A DNA stretch of 64,000 nucleotides from Strigamia acuminata (Eukaryota). The position numbers and the translations under genes are program-made. The notes beneath the pieces are model-generated. The model was not told where the DNA came from. It worked only from the letters and a program-made list of their open reading frames with translations, and searched no databases. This document shows positions 51,201-58,926 of this stretch, in pieces. The stretch covers positions 15,624,001 to 15,688,000 of the forward strand of contig OX442314.1 in assembly GCA_949358305.1 (NCBI GenBank), in the 5' to 3' direction. Position 1 is the first letter of the stretch. Each line of letters begins with the position of its first letter.

Positions 51201-54200
51201 TTACTGCACGCTGAGCCTTCAACACGGCGAGGTCGTCGGCCATTGTTAAATTCGAGATGCTACTTGCAGTTTTTTCAGATTGAAGTTACGAGTTTGTTCC
51301 CTGGAAAGATGTCCCGGGTTTCGGCACCAAATTTACGAAATGTAAATGAACTTCACGATGGGTGATGAATTGTAAAACAGCAAAAGCGACGGTCGAAATA
51401 AAACTTAACAACTTTTAATTTTACTTGAGTTGAAAAATGACATTCTTTTTCACAAGTGACGCGTGGTCAGCGAGTTGAGGGTGGAATGTGTGTTACATAG
51501 AAAAAACGGGGTCTACATCCGGTCAACAAGGGCCGAAAGATACCCAATTTACATAAAAGAGGGCTCTCGAAAAGACCCTCGAGCGATTTATATAACACAA
51601 AAAGAACACAGACAATTTAATGCAATAACACAACTGAAAAGTCAGCAAAAACCATGATGAAACACAATTAAACACGATAATACACAATAAAGCACAATGA
51701 ATGAAAAAGAACACAAAACACAAAACAAAACACAAAACACTTAATTGTAATAAACACAAATCAATCACTAAATTCAATCGATAATTAAACTAAGACAAAA
51801 TTACTAAAATCAAATACATGAATAAACATTAAAAACAAATTAAATCAGTCTAGATTTTACACATAAACAGCGCAAAGCTCTAAAATGTTTGCAATTGCAA
51901 TGTTTTAAAATGTTCAATAATGAATGATGAATCTCTATGTCAATTGCCACTAGTTGGCCGTGTATTATTCATCACCTTTTCGCACTCGGAATGTTAGCGT
52001 GAGTACCAACTACTAAATTTGTAACATTTTCACACATTCATTATATCAGAAGCTTCCCATTTGAAGTCCAATTACGTGTGCACACAAAAGATAGGCGGCA
52101 CTATTATTTCACGCAAAAGAAAAAAAAAAATAATAATAAAATGTAAACTTATAAGTAAATTTGACCCTGAAGTTCCTCTTTACTTTCCAAAAGCACTTTC
52201 ACCATTCGACAGCAACCACGTAAATTTCGACTTCCAGTAAAGTGAGGTTGGTTGTGGTCACCAACTCCCAAGACAAATTTACTTAGTCACGAATTTGGCA
52301 GCAAATTCGTCAACCCACTCTCAAGGCACCAAAACGTGTCTTCACCAAAACCTTTACATAAAATAACAAAAGCAATTTTTTCTTACAAATTTAAATCAAT
52401 AAAGCGCAAGAAAATATCGACATATTGATCTTTTACATAAGTTTTGTCTTGAAAAAAAAAATAAAACCGTAAAAAAAAATTAAAATATCAATTATTCACA
52501 TCGTAATACAAGAACTTTATTCCTATGACACCCATGTTTTCCAAAATTCCTTCTTGTTTTATTTATATCACTCTTAGTCTAACCACGTGCGTTTTAAATT
52601 TTGTCCCTCAAAGCCATGAAATTTGGTGAGAAGACAATTTGAATTCATAGCAACACGGCCAACTTTTCAGGACTTTTAGAGTGGAATGAGGTGAAGCTGC
52701 CACGATCGACTCTACACTCTCTTTCTGCGCTCTCTAACCACAAGCATACACAGTGTTTACAATGTGGCCAGTCAACGATGAAAAATTGGGACAAAACGAC
52801 TAGCTTACCGTATTACAAAGATTATATATTACACGTACTAAATTCTTTAAAAGTCCGCATCACATCAGTATTTCAAGGATAACTAAATGACTTGAAGGAA
52901 ATAAAAATTACCGACACAAGAATTAAGTTAAGAAATAAAAGTTAATTGAGAAAGTTAGCAATAAAATAACATTAGATGGTAATTAGGAAGTCGTTTGCAA
53001 AAACGCAGTAAATGTAAATGAAAAAAAAAGTAATAAACTTTTAAACTATCTGCAGGTCGTAAAAAAACAATGCAAACCGTTAGAAAAACTGAGTGATTTT
53101 ACTTTAAATAAAATTTGTAAAATAGATTTAATGAATAAATTTTAAAATAAGTTGATTTCAAAATCACATTACCATAACCTAATCAATATTCGTCAAAAAC
53201 ACTCCATTTTTGGCCTGCCTTTAAGAGCAATGTCAATATTTTAACAAAATTTCAATTGGATTAGCAATAAATCCATTAAAATCACATGCACAAAGAGAAA
53301 GAAGAAGAAACAAAGCCAACATCAATAGGAAAAATGGAAATACACAAGAGAGTATAAGACGCAATCACTCGAGATGTTTGATGAAACGAGGTGAGAGGAC
53401 AATTAATTGAATAAGTCCAGAAAACATATTTAGGATATTGTTGGATTGAATAAGATCAATATATCATGACCCGAATTGCTTGTCGGTTAGGTCGAAGAAA
53501 CAAAGTTACTCACATCAGTATGATGATTAATTTTAAAGATGAATACATGGAATTTACTTATAATTGTTCTACGCATCACACACAATCATCCCTCGCCATA
53601 AAACTAAAACAAATAGAGTCTCATTCTGAATTTTAAATGCACACTTCATCTTAAAGAAAAAACATTTCCAGAGTTTTAAGCCGTGTAAAAAGCGTCTTCA
53701 ACTGGAATAATATTTTGATAGCCCAAGTCAACAAAGATGAAAAACAGAGAGTAATGAATTTTAAGACTTTTAAAACTGTAAAAAAAAATTACTTAGTAAA
53801 GGTGGTGAGATAACGGATGTTCATGGCTTAATACGGTGTCATAGATTTGTGTCGTGATCTCAAAACTAAAATATCTGTCCAGGATTTTGCACCAAACACA
53901 AAGAATAATCTGCGAGGTGACTTTCGTAAAGAACCCAACCTTGCATTTGCACCAAGGACTGGTGAAACCCCATTAAGAGGCAGATTGAAGATGTTCTTGT
54001 CAGACAAGAATGAGATGTAACTGACTTGTGAGATTCCCACTAGATCACCATCCAAGCACACTGACCACATGAAATGCTGCCTCACTTTTGGGTTCAAATA
54101 GGAAGAAGTGATCAGCAACTACTTCCCACTCTGCATTTGCTTTACATGATTTGCTTCCCCATTCAAATGACTCTTTTCGTAACAAAATAACAATTATTAT

Positions 54201-57200
54201 CTACATACGCTTTGGCAATTTGATTGACTCTTGCCAATCACCTGACCGCTAATTTGTGCAATATTACACAGGAAACTGCTAGTTATTATTATTATTCACA
54301 GCAATTAAAATAAAATATTCAAGTTTAAATTAAAAGGAAAATTGAAAGTGGAGTTTATTAATTTCGTACTGTTTAAATCGCCAAGTATGAAGCAGTTTAT
54401 GAATACATCTGATCCATTCGTATCCATTCAGTACGTGTTTTATTAAAGTACTGACCAAACTAAATGCTACTTAATCCTGCAACACTTAACCCATGGTGTA
54501 TCCTGTGATTATGCATTCAAATTCACACACGCATGATACATGCAAGGTATGCCTCATAAACGACATTTCACAAATGAATGTGGATATGGTATTCATTCAT
54601 CCCGTCGTGCGGATAATGGCACAGGTTTCAAATACACGGCCTAAAAGTTAATTTTTACTGCCCTTTAATTAAGTAATTGAATTGAATATTAAATAAATAT
54701 AACTCGGCTCAATGTTGATTCAAACCAAAACTTTTAAAAAGTAAAATTAGCAGTTATATTACGGGACACTTTAACTGCCCTCCATATGGTCTGGGATCTA
54801 ATAAGTGAACTGTTAACAAGTTAATTGGAAGCGATAGTTTTAGTCTAAGAATTTATTATTCAATTATTAGATGTTCTTCCATTTTAGCTGACCGAGATAG
54901 TATCCGATTGCCTTTCGAACTTGTAACTTTCGTTCTTGATTACGTGATGGAACTTTGACTGTCTGTCTTGGCCCGTTCTAATCAGAGACTTGATCTCTCT
55001 TACCTCGTTAGCCCACAACTTGCCCCATCAAACCAAACTACAATGCGGACGTTCAAAGATATTATCAGAAAACTCCTTGGAAAAGCCCCAAGTCAAGAGT
55101 TAAATTAAGTGTCACTAACAACCAATTAATTCAGAAACGATTTACTAACTGTCAAAAAGTATGCACAAAATTGTTATTAAATTATAGATTGTAAATGAGA
55201 CCTTCCCACACCTGAGATCATTTATTTAGTGGCCTCAGTGGTCTTGACATGTATACTGTTGTCAGTGGCCAGTTTAATGATAAAATATCGTCGCTCGAGG
55301 ATTTTCTCGTATTATGAATGGCGCCTGAAGTGTATTCATTAAGATAATGGCTGAGCTGGAATTACCAAAATTTTATCCTAAAGCTCCTAGCAAAACTAAG
55401 TGCACTTACTCTTACAACAAGATATTAAATTTGCAAGACAGTAAAAGAAGCCCACCATCACTTGTCTAACTCCTCATACAATTCCATCCTTCTAAAGTTA
55501 AAAAAAATTCCTTTCTTGCAAAATTAACATTTTTTTCCACACTTTTCTTTTTTCTTTTGGCTAATTCAGGTTTTGTTGTTTATGCGCAACATTTTTTGAA
55601 AGAGTTTATTAGCAGCATATTTTCCTTCAGTTGCAAATTCTACAAATTAATGTCATAAATTTAAGATATTTATGATTATGATTTCAATGTGAAACATTTA
55701 ACGTTTGTTGCCGTCTGCAATAAGTTCGTGGAGTGTAACGTGGCCACAATTCAACTTTTGTTTGCTAATAAATAATTCAGCCGTTGCAATACCGTGCTGG
55801 AATTTAAATACAAAAATAAGATTTGGCTTAGATCTAAATCTAACTTACCATGCTGCTTTAATACACAAATCTCGATGAAAATCCCTTATTTCTCACGAAA
55901 AACCTCCAGCTTAAGTCTGCCATTTTAAATCATGGATCAGTCAGATCAAAACCCAGAACCGAAATCTTTGATCTAATGACGTCATAACACAGTATTATAT
56001 GATGCGTCAGATGCGCCACACAATAAACAAATTCTTAAAGTCAATGTTGCGAAAATAATAAAAAAAAAAAATGAAATAGCAATCAAGAACAGCACGCGCA
56101 GAGGCCGCAAAAATGATTAGATTTGATTTTCCTTATTTTCAATTGAATCTAATCAAACTTAACACCCGGTGGAACAAAGTCACCTAAAACTTCAAGTCAA
56201 TTTCTACCGAAACAGATTTCGGCAGAATCATGATATAAATTTCAACTCTTGTCACAGCCTCAACTGATTGGAATTCAGGTTGCTAGATACGATTAATTAA
56301 TCTCATCGTGGCAGAATTTAAGAAGTCTCTTCACTCAGGAATGTTAATCATCCCTGTTCTGAGTCACACGGCAGGAATGTCCCACTTATAACATGATCAT
56401 CATGTTTCCTCTTCACAATCATTCTCCGTATCGCATGACAATCGCATTATTTTAACTTGATTGCTAAAATTCATGAAAAATCTTGACACGAACGGACCAA
56501 CACACACCAACACCAAAACGTAGTTGCTGAAAGGATCAACCAAACATTGATGGACGGAGTGCGTGCGCACATAAACGATTCGGGTTTAGAACATTCGATT
56601 TTGGGCTTTTCCATCTTGTCTTTAAAAAATTCGGATGCACTTGAGCTTTTCGTGTGATTAAATTACAGCACCTAATGTTAAACTTCAAAGAAATTTACCT
56701 AACCTTATAACTTGTATGAATTTTATTTTCAGCGTCTAGACAATTTGAATTTTAAATGAAATTTGAACTAGACACGAATCATGCACATAAAAACTTTCCT
56801 CATTGTGCTTGCTGCAGCTTTTACTTCTTATGCTCTTTTGTACAGTACGAATATGTAGTCTAGATTTGTTGGCTTTTCCCTTTCTGCTATTTCCTTCTCC
56901 TGTCAAAAAAATCAAATATGCAACAAAAAAATGCCTAAAGCCGAAAAAAAAATTATTATAAGACTAACAGAAAAGATCTAGTCAGAGAAAAGATAAATGA
57001 CTTTTACAAAAGACTATCAATAAAACCTTCTTTTTATAAAACCGAGACAAAAATTAAAACCAAAAAGAAAAACTTACTTGTTAGTAATAACTTATCATTT
57101 CAAATAAAAATGATATATTATCCTTAATCCTTACACTAATGGTATTTATTCAAAGGCAAACTTCAAACTTAAGTCTTATTACGTTGCCCAATTTCCTAAT

Positions 57201-58926
57201 CCCTCAAAAAATCTCCTCAAACACCCTCATCCTCTTTTTTACATGAATTTTCCATATCCCTCGAGAAATCCCATAAATCAGCAGCATCCAAATCTCTATT
57301 ACTTATTGTCCCGCACGCAAGCAGAAGGAATAAGCAGATGATGGATTGCTGAGCAACATCTCATACAATTAATTTTCCAAATGTATTCTTTGTTAGGCGA
57401 TTAAAAACCTAAACTGCAATTCTAATTGCATGTGGATTAAATCTGTTGATTTCATTATCTTCTGCAAACTAAAAGACGGACATTTATCATTACTCAAAAA
57501 TGCTGTAATGAGTGAAAATACTGTAACATTGTAAATTCCACCACCATTTATACAAATTGTAAGCAAATACTAAACGTTTGCAGCCGAGATCTGAATAATT
57601 GTTCAACCAAGCACGCGTAAATCGCATCATTGTTGCTTAAGATAAGTTAAGAAAGTTAAGTGACACAATGCTTATAAAATTAAATAAAATAAATGGACTA
57701 ACATGAGCAAAATATAATATAAAAAACGTCACATCCTGAAGTAAAAACGAGGTTATCGACTTAAGCAATTTGAATGCACCTATTGTTTTTGTAAAAATCA
57801 TAAATAGAACAAAAATAAAAAAATCAATACTAACTTAAGATAAATCAACTATCATTGTTGGTAGGAAAAAACAGCTTTAAGAATTCAAGACATATTGAAT
57901 AAGCATGTTAATTAAATAGTTTTTCCATGGTTTTAGCACCGATGCACCCAAGTTGGGAGGCGTCAATAAATATCATGTGACACATTTGTGCCTGCAACAC
58001 CAAAACAAGCAAATGCTAGAGAACATCGCGTCGAAAGTGCACCACAAGTCATCATTTTTCTAACTCATTTTCAAAGGTGTTAGCAATTAAGATTTAAAAT
58101 AAAAAATTATTTAAATATAATCGGATTTTAATTCATACGTCATTAGCAAGAAATTGCTTACAGATTACTCATTAATCCTCACATTTTAAATAATTCCAAT
58201 TACATTTAATTATTCTGATTTGCCTCGTTGACGAAGCTCCAGAATTTAATTCACTGATAACTTTTGATCTCACAGCATCGGATATTCTCTCCAAAAATGT
58301 CAATAAAGGAAAAGTTTCTGCTTTGGCCACTAATCATGTTACCAAAAATGAAAAATTATCTAGATTTATCTATATCCAGTTTTCAGGAAATAAATCCACA
58401 ATCTAAATCAGCACCTTTTCATGTTGAATCAAGTATCAATTGCAATAACTAAGGCGAAACGTGCAATTTTTTAAACAATTTAACAATCCCATCATCATAC
58501 CTTATACCTACGATATTCAAGCTAAGCTCTCCGCTCGATATTTATCAATTTATTTTGGTTCGAATTACTTATGCTTATCTTGTCAATTTGATATATTTTT
58601 ACCTGCTCTCACATGAACTGGACGACTCCGAATTACTCCGAGCGGTGACGAAGCAATACATTGGTATCTGCCAGCATGAACATCTTGTTGGTATAGATTT
58701 GCCCGAAAAGGAGGAAAATGGAGACTTCCATTCGACAAAATGTGGCGGATGTTTTTAACATCATTCACGCTTGACCCATTCATCAAGGACCAGTGGACAA
58801 TTGGTAATGGATTCCCATGTGCTGAGCACTCCACTATAGCACCAGTCGAATTTGAAAAATCGACACGGTCGGGCGGCTCAGTAATAAAAACGGGGCCACG
58901 AGACGAATCTGGATCCAAAACTGCAC
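3183..58926 (-). CDS. Dscam: Dscam-family cell adhesion molecule, partial spliced gene (24 exons in window: Ig1-9, FNIII 1-4, N-half of Ig10)
   Basis: Hand-assembled exons with AG/GT (one GC) boundaries, all phase-compatible, 3994 nt with no stop. The order 9 Ig - 4 FNIII - Ig is diagnostic of Dscam. Typical motifs include GPVFITEPP..VDFSNSTGA..C, VYDEFV..GNTAVLKC and CVVTEGDLPITITWLKD. The paralogue cannot be assigned without a search. Confidence 0.95.
3366..3522 (-). CDS. Dscam: Dscam exon, FNIII-4 C-half
   Basis: 157 nt, tttag|CAT...AAAG|gtaatt; YEFWITASTIVGEGESTRVV. Confidence 0.92.
3995..4134 (-). CDS. Dscam: Dscam exon, FNIII-4 N-half
   Basis: 140 nt, catag|TTC...ACAG|gtaaaa; VPGAPGNIKALVTTSTSILVSWTKPRHSNGIITKFTLYM. 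Confidence 0.92.
4202..4363 (-). CDS. Dscam: Dscam exon, FNIII-3 C-half
   Basis: 162 nt, tttag|ATA...GATG|gtaaaa; LHDLEKWTNYTFRVVAFTRIGDGKKSSPIYCQTLQD. Confidence 0.92.
4755..5190. repeat. 30/31-bp minisatellite, about 14 units
   Basis: Unit TTCAATTTAAACATTTTTGAAAATCGTTTTG; the first units are a TTTATTTTAATCG variant. Confidence 0.92.
5418..5564 (-). CDS. Dscam: Dscam exon, FNIII-3 N-half
   Basis: 147 nt, aacag|TTC...GATG|gtaagt; VPSDPPHLIHCEPLSSQRLNLSWSPPP...NGIILGYKTFY. Confidence 0.92.
5752..5992 (-). CDS. Dscam: Dscam exon, FNIII-2 remainder
   Basis: 241 nt, ttaag|GCG...GATG|gtaaat; NGEILGYNIGFK...LEKYSNYSIKVQAYNRAGHGPAS...ATDED. Confidence 0.92.
6061..6131 (-). CDS. Dscam: Dscam exon, FNIII-2 start
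   Basis: 71 nt, ttcag|AAC...GCAG|gtaatt; EPSGAPRNVRAESIGSGTLLVTWQ. Confidence 0.9.
6205..6372 (-). CDS. Dscam: Dscam exon, FNIII-1 C-half
   Basis: 168 nt, tttag|AGG...GAAG|gtagag; LLPGTAYSFRILAENDLGYGQPS...ATAEE. Confidence 0.92.
7328..7459 (-). CDS. Dscam: Dscam exon, FNIII-1 N-half
   Basis: 132 nt, tgcag|AAC...TCTG|gtaagt; EPPEAPDNIRIANHDSRNVHLHWNPP...IKRFVVQYK. Confidence 0.92.
7528..7676 (-). CDS. Dscam: Dscam exon, Ig9 C-half
   Basis: 149 nt, ggcag|AAT...CGAG|gtaatg; SELVITYLDKQDGGVYECTATNAFGKD. Confidence 0.92.
7750..7897 (-). CDS. Dscam: Dscam exon, Ig9 N-half
   Basis: 148 nt, tgtag|TGC...ACAG|gtaaac; VPAYFELKSQNKTSKRGDSVQMDCRAYGDSPMTITWTKD. Confidence 0.92.
7964..8140 (-). CDS. 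Dscam: Dscam exon, Ig8 C-half (probable GC donor)
   Basis: 177 nt, cctag|GCA...TAAAG|gcatgt; GRFPGDYGELP...ANGSLHIRDVSKKDERYFLCEVTNGIGPPLSKVVQVKVK. Confidence 0.88.
8197..8316 (-). CDS. Dscam: Dscam exon, Ig8 N-half
   Basis: 120 nt, tgcag|TGC...ACAG|gtgaaa; VPPKWIVQPSDVHIVFQGSVTLDCAAEGSPSPTITWKQAT. Confidence 0.92.
8413..8703 (-). CDS. Dscam: Dscam exon, Ig7 (equivalent of Drosophila exon 9)
   Basis: 291 nt, tgcag|TTC...GACG|gtttgt; VPPVIDSISFP...GSRTRLQCVVTEGDLPITITWLKD...HHGNYTCIASN...IYVD. Confidence 0.93.
9225..9478. repeat. 20-bp minisatellite, about 12.5 units
   Basis: Unit TCGGCTCAAAATCAATTTTT with a block of three TTAT variants. Confidence 0.93.
9648..9831. mobile_element. Small hAT-like MITE nested in the 9075-9865 element
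   Basis: TIRs CAGAGGCGAATTTCTGGT and ACCAGAATTCCGCTCCTG; 8-bp TSD AATCATGG / ATTCATGG (7/8). Confidence 0.75.
10057..10218 (-). CDS. Dscam: Dscam exon, Ig6 C-half
   Basis: 162 nt, ttcag|AGG...ACTG|gtaggc; EGNLLPTDRRQRVLTNGILRIEGVAKSLDEGDYTCFVRN...RRVYVT. Confidence 0.92.
11131..11241 (-). CDS. Dscam: Dscam exon, Ig6 N-half
   Basis: 111 nt, tgcag|GTC...AAAG|gtaaga; GPVSIKSLPNEYAVSGKDLQLICPYLGYPVTSITWKK. Confidence 0.92.
12606..12908 (-). CDS. Dscam: Dscam exon, Ig5
   Basis: 303 nt, aacag|CAA...TATG|gtaatt; LQPGFSAKLQCTAVGSPVPQISWYL...DGGYYKCVGQNPAG...RLNIY. Confidence 0.93.
14300..14458 (-). CDS. Dscam: Dscam exon, Ig4 C-half
   Basis: 159 nt, taaag|ATG...GGAG|gtaatc; DGHPVSTDGRRLKIRNQFELTIASVERRDHGMYQCFVGNGDDMAQGSAQFKLG. 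Confidence 0.92.
14643..14756 (-). CDS. Dscam: Dscam exon, Ig4 N-half
   Basis: 114 nt, cacag|AAA...AAAG|gtaagg; ETLSAYIEPQELTADVGQQIRFTCFASGHPITSVEWLK. Confidence 0.92.
14837..15012 (-). CDS. Dscam: Dscam exon, Ig3 C-half
   Basis: 176 nt, tccag|TTG...ACAG|gtacat; WFRFHGRGIQPVEADGRIVKINGLLVIQNTQVSDAGIYLCKVSN...LAVT. Confidence 0.92.
19360..19477 (-). CDS. Dscam: Dscam exon, Ig3 N-half (equivalent of Drosophila exon 6)
   Basis: 118 nt, gttag|ATC...CATAG|gtaaga, phase 1 to 2; DPKSSVPPRINHHQASLTVMRGNTSEIPCAVQGLPIPSH. Confidence 0.92.
26786..27119 (+). repeat. 5' LTR of element 1
   Basis: TG...CA, 334 bp direct repeat of 32517-32850; AATAAA at 26986-26991. Confidence 0.95.
27122..27139 (+). promoter_or_regulatory. 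Primer-binding site, tRNA-Phe
   Basis: TGGTGCCGAAACCCGGGA, complementary to the 3' end of animal cytosolic tRNA-Phe (...UCCCGGGUUUCGGCACCA). Confidence 0.88.
27317..32521 (+). CDS. Bel/Pao gag-pol polyprotein, intact, 1734 aa
   Basis: Gag LPKL..FSGNP.EW..FW..F; three Cys/His knuckles (CIFC..H..C, CFRC..H..C, CVNC..HH.LLC); protease LFDGGS; RT KLRIVYDAS and YVDD; RNase H LFCDAS and LPRLELMG; integrase HHCC, DFAGP, SDNA, WWGGFWER. Order PR-RT-RH-IN. Confidence 0.96.
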   Translation: MDALDRLRAQQKTSREGANRLVNTVIVELAGAEPEIHALRRLRNQLIAKSAQLTALDDQISPLIVTIADLEAEEGDNEEYREKIIDALTDIDIKLDEALRPAAPIVNPVDPSNHSTANSSGDVTIKLPKLVMRNFSGNPVEWSKFWSNFELSVHNNNSLSTKAKFVYLNSVLEGTAATVVHGLKISDENYEAAVTLLQNRFGKKEVIVNAHIQTLMKLEPVKRVSDLVKLRKLHDTCELHVQCLKNEEIDTNTFGIVLCPLLRAAVPEVIALDFSRKNPDNTHDMKLFMDFFRTELELREQHTSTSMSDPLDKPVAKPFIDYKKSTRNEKLTSSSALTTNVASSSCIFCDDKSHKMEECPLTVADRMKKCMKDRRCFRCLGTKHMARNCSQKVKCVNCERFHHILLCEEPSNKPEVTLTSTVTAATITADNTDLFLQVLMTNVESDCKTKQVQCLFDGGSHRSFISQKLVKELDAQVVGEQNMQISSFGDSRAETVRRRRVKVTLRNVSDSNKFFDIELIEVPQITHSVAKQSGQNVREMLKRHKIVLNIDQMSTQQSEVSVLIGADQFWRIVTGESKRLDDGLMCLHTSLGWTIHGAIRSQNELDRQPVIQTNLVQYEDRLDHLLRRFWELEAVGISHESLTNAQDEDDQAVTKFKESINWTGERYEVGLPWLMEKSDLDSNYQVALKRLWNLVRKFKQDPDLYHRYKKVLDEQKLAGIIEPAPEVPDQSGCYYLPHRPVIRERRSTTKLRIVYDASSHAQKSRSLNDCLFTGPNLLPQLIDAILFFRQYIVALIGDIKQAFHQILLKLADRDAVRFLWIADGWDVVGPITLEILRQTRVLFGASPSPYLLNATIQHHLERYEKIYPELVKILKERFYVDDFLHSVKTVAEAIEAYKKVSTIMMEANMELVKCYSNSRNLREQFALDHPNAEFESEQKVLGLKWNGDRDDLSLELEDVKITLERESNTKQQVIQLVAQIFDPLGFASPFTVSGKLFYQQLWKQRIEWDSHLPVEFLNQWKKWKVQLPLLEQIRVPRHFGVDENLDNQEIHLFCDASPLAYGVVAYNRVRYPDGNCKVFFILSKCRIAPIKTITLPRLELMGALLLARVAKRLSQFSTAKVTAWTDSTIVLCWLREKKKAIPFVARRVEEIQSQVPFSNWRHCPGVQNPSDLLTRGIDAETLIQAREWWNGPEWLVENESGWPTRSSDAVDEEIETEEFSANTVTVAELHLMEEPSRFGSWKRLIRITGWMKRFINNSRGKIHHGDPLTVDELLETELYWIRVIQQENYAAELTAMNRQQEFNHDSVLSNVSCYLDENGLMRLNTRLRWAKVDKNLINPYVLSANHALTSLVVWEAHQRVFHGGLGETLAEIRQRFWMPKLRKTVKSILSRCFVCKRVQGRFIRQIESSLPPDRVTQTEPFQVVEIDFAGPLYQRSGEKCYIAVFTCAVVRAVHLELVSSMNTEKFIQALKRFFARRGVPSTIYSDNALTFKRTEKELSLLLKAVKGEEMQGFLTERKIRWRYIVERAPWWGGFWERMVKSTKSSLKKVLGKSSLDFEELTTILAEIESCINSRPLSYVYTEDEDSHPLTPAHFLVGGRSCNLPDPSQQTIQPLSSNSVAILKRWKLRQLKLGHWWSRWQREYLTELRVHRKNDKSSREVQSGDVVLIEELNQPRMTWKVGRVVEVFHERDGRVRACELKLATGKNLRRPVQRLCVLEAHDVEAASGDTTPAPV
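32517..32850 (+). repeat. 3' LTR of element 1
   Basis: Direct repeat of 26786-27119; the ORF stop codon (32519-32521) lies inside it. Confidence 0.95.
38650..39010 (+). mobile_element. Probable degenerate LINE reverse-transcriptase C-terminal remnant
   Basis: GC-richer island. Broken frames give F(P)GVLL, FQPHI and SANRILRII, resembling the LGV.LD..L.F..HI...A.R.L..I region of LINE ORF2. Boundaries approximate. Confidence 0.4.
40036..40182 (-). CDS. Dscam: Dscam exon, Ig2 C-half
   Basis: 147 nt, ggcag|GTA...TCGG|gtacag; GSRFAMSTTGELFIHQV...DTYQCRTVNHLTQEVRASAPGRVVVS. Confidence 0.92.
43986..44147 (-). CDS. Dscam: Dscam exon, Ig2 N-half (equivalent of Drosophila exon 4)
   Basis: 162 nt, ggcag|TGG...TTCAG|gtaaa; VVQQYYEVQVYDEFVIIGNTAVLKCHIPPFVKEYVQVEAWIRNKHLPIQSGVLS. 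Not in the ORF track; read directly from the sequence. Confidence 0.93.
44250..44728. mobile_element. Tc1/mariner-type MITE with TA TSD
   Basis: About 32-bp TIRs with core AGTTTGCGG(C/A)AGGTAC(G/T)TTTCCC(G/T)TATAA (26/29), flanked by TA at 44248-44249 and 44729-44730. Confidence 0.78.
45504..46033 (-). repeat. 3' LTR of element 2
   Basis: Direct repeat of 51332-51861; ends ...TTTACATTTCGTAAA next to the TSD. Confidence 0.95.
46053..51243 (-). CDS. Bel/Pao gag-pol polyprotein interrupted by a single +1 frameshift near 46575
   Basis: ORFs 46543-51243 and 46053-46553 join into ...LKKVLARSSLDFEEL... if one A is removed from the A8 run (46572-46579). Motifs LIDPGS, YVDD, LFCDAS, DFAGP, SDNA, WWGGFWER and LRRPVQRLC are present. 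Confidence 0.93.
51312..51329 (-). promoter_or_regulatory. Primer-binding site, tRNA-Phe
   Basis: TGGTGCCGAAACCCGGGA on the minus strand, the same 18-mer as in element 1. Confidence 0.88.
51332..51861 (-). repeat. 5' LTR of element 2
   Basis: Starts TGTAAAATCTAG; direct repeat of 45504-46033; contains a TATATAAA box and ATTAAA on the element strand. Confidence 0.95.
53850..54170 (-). mobile_element. Probable degenerate LINE reverse-transcriptase C-terminal remnant
   Basis: Translation LDGDLVGISQVSYISFLSDK...ANARLGSLRK resembles the Y.L.G..L..V....YLG...D...A..RLG.L motif. Boundaries approximate. Confidence 0.35.
58603..58926 (-). CDS. Dscam: Dscam exon, Ig1
   Basis: ttag|GTGCAG...AGAGCAG|gtaaaa; encodes AVLDPDSSRGPVFITEPPDRVDFSNSTGAIVECSAHGNP...RPVHVRA. 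An alternative in-frame acceptor would start the exon at 58920. Confidence 0.93.

Larger units (their letters stand above)
45504..51861 (-). mobile_element. Full-length Bel/Pao LTR retrotransposon (element 2), intronic and in the same orientation as Dscam
   Basis: 530-bp LTRs 51332-51861 and 45504-46033, identical by eye. TSD CATAA at 45499-45503 and 51862-51866. PBS at 51312-51329. gag-pol with one frameshift. Confidence 0.96.

Noticed and set aside
55843..55865. ATG|GTAAGT on the minus strand as an alternative first exon
   Set aside because: Phase 0, incompatible with the phase-1 Ig2-N exon; no other support.
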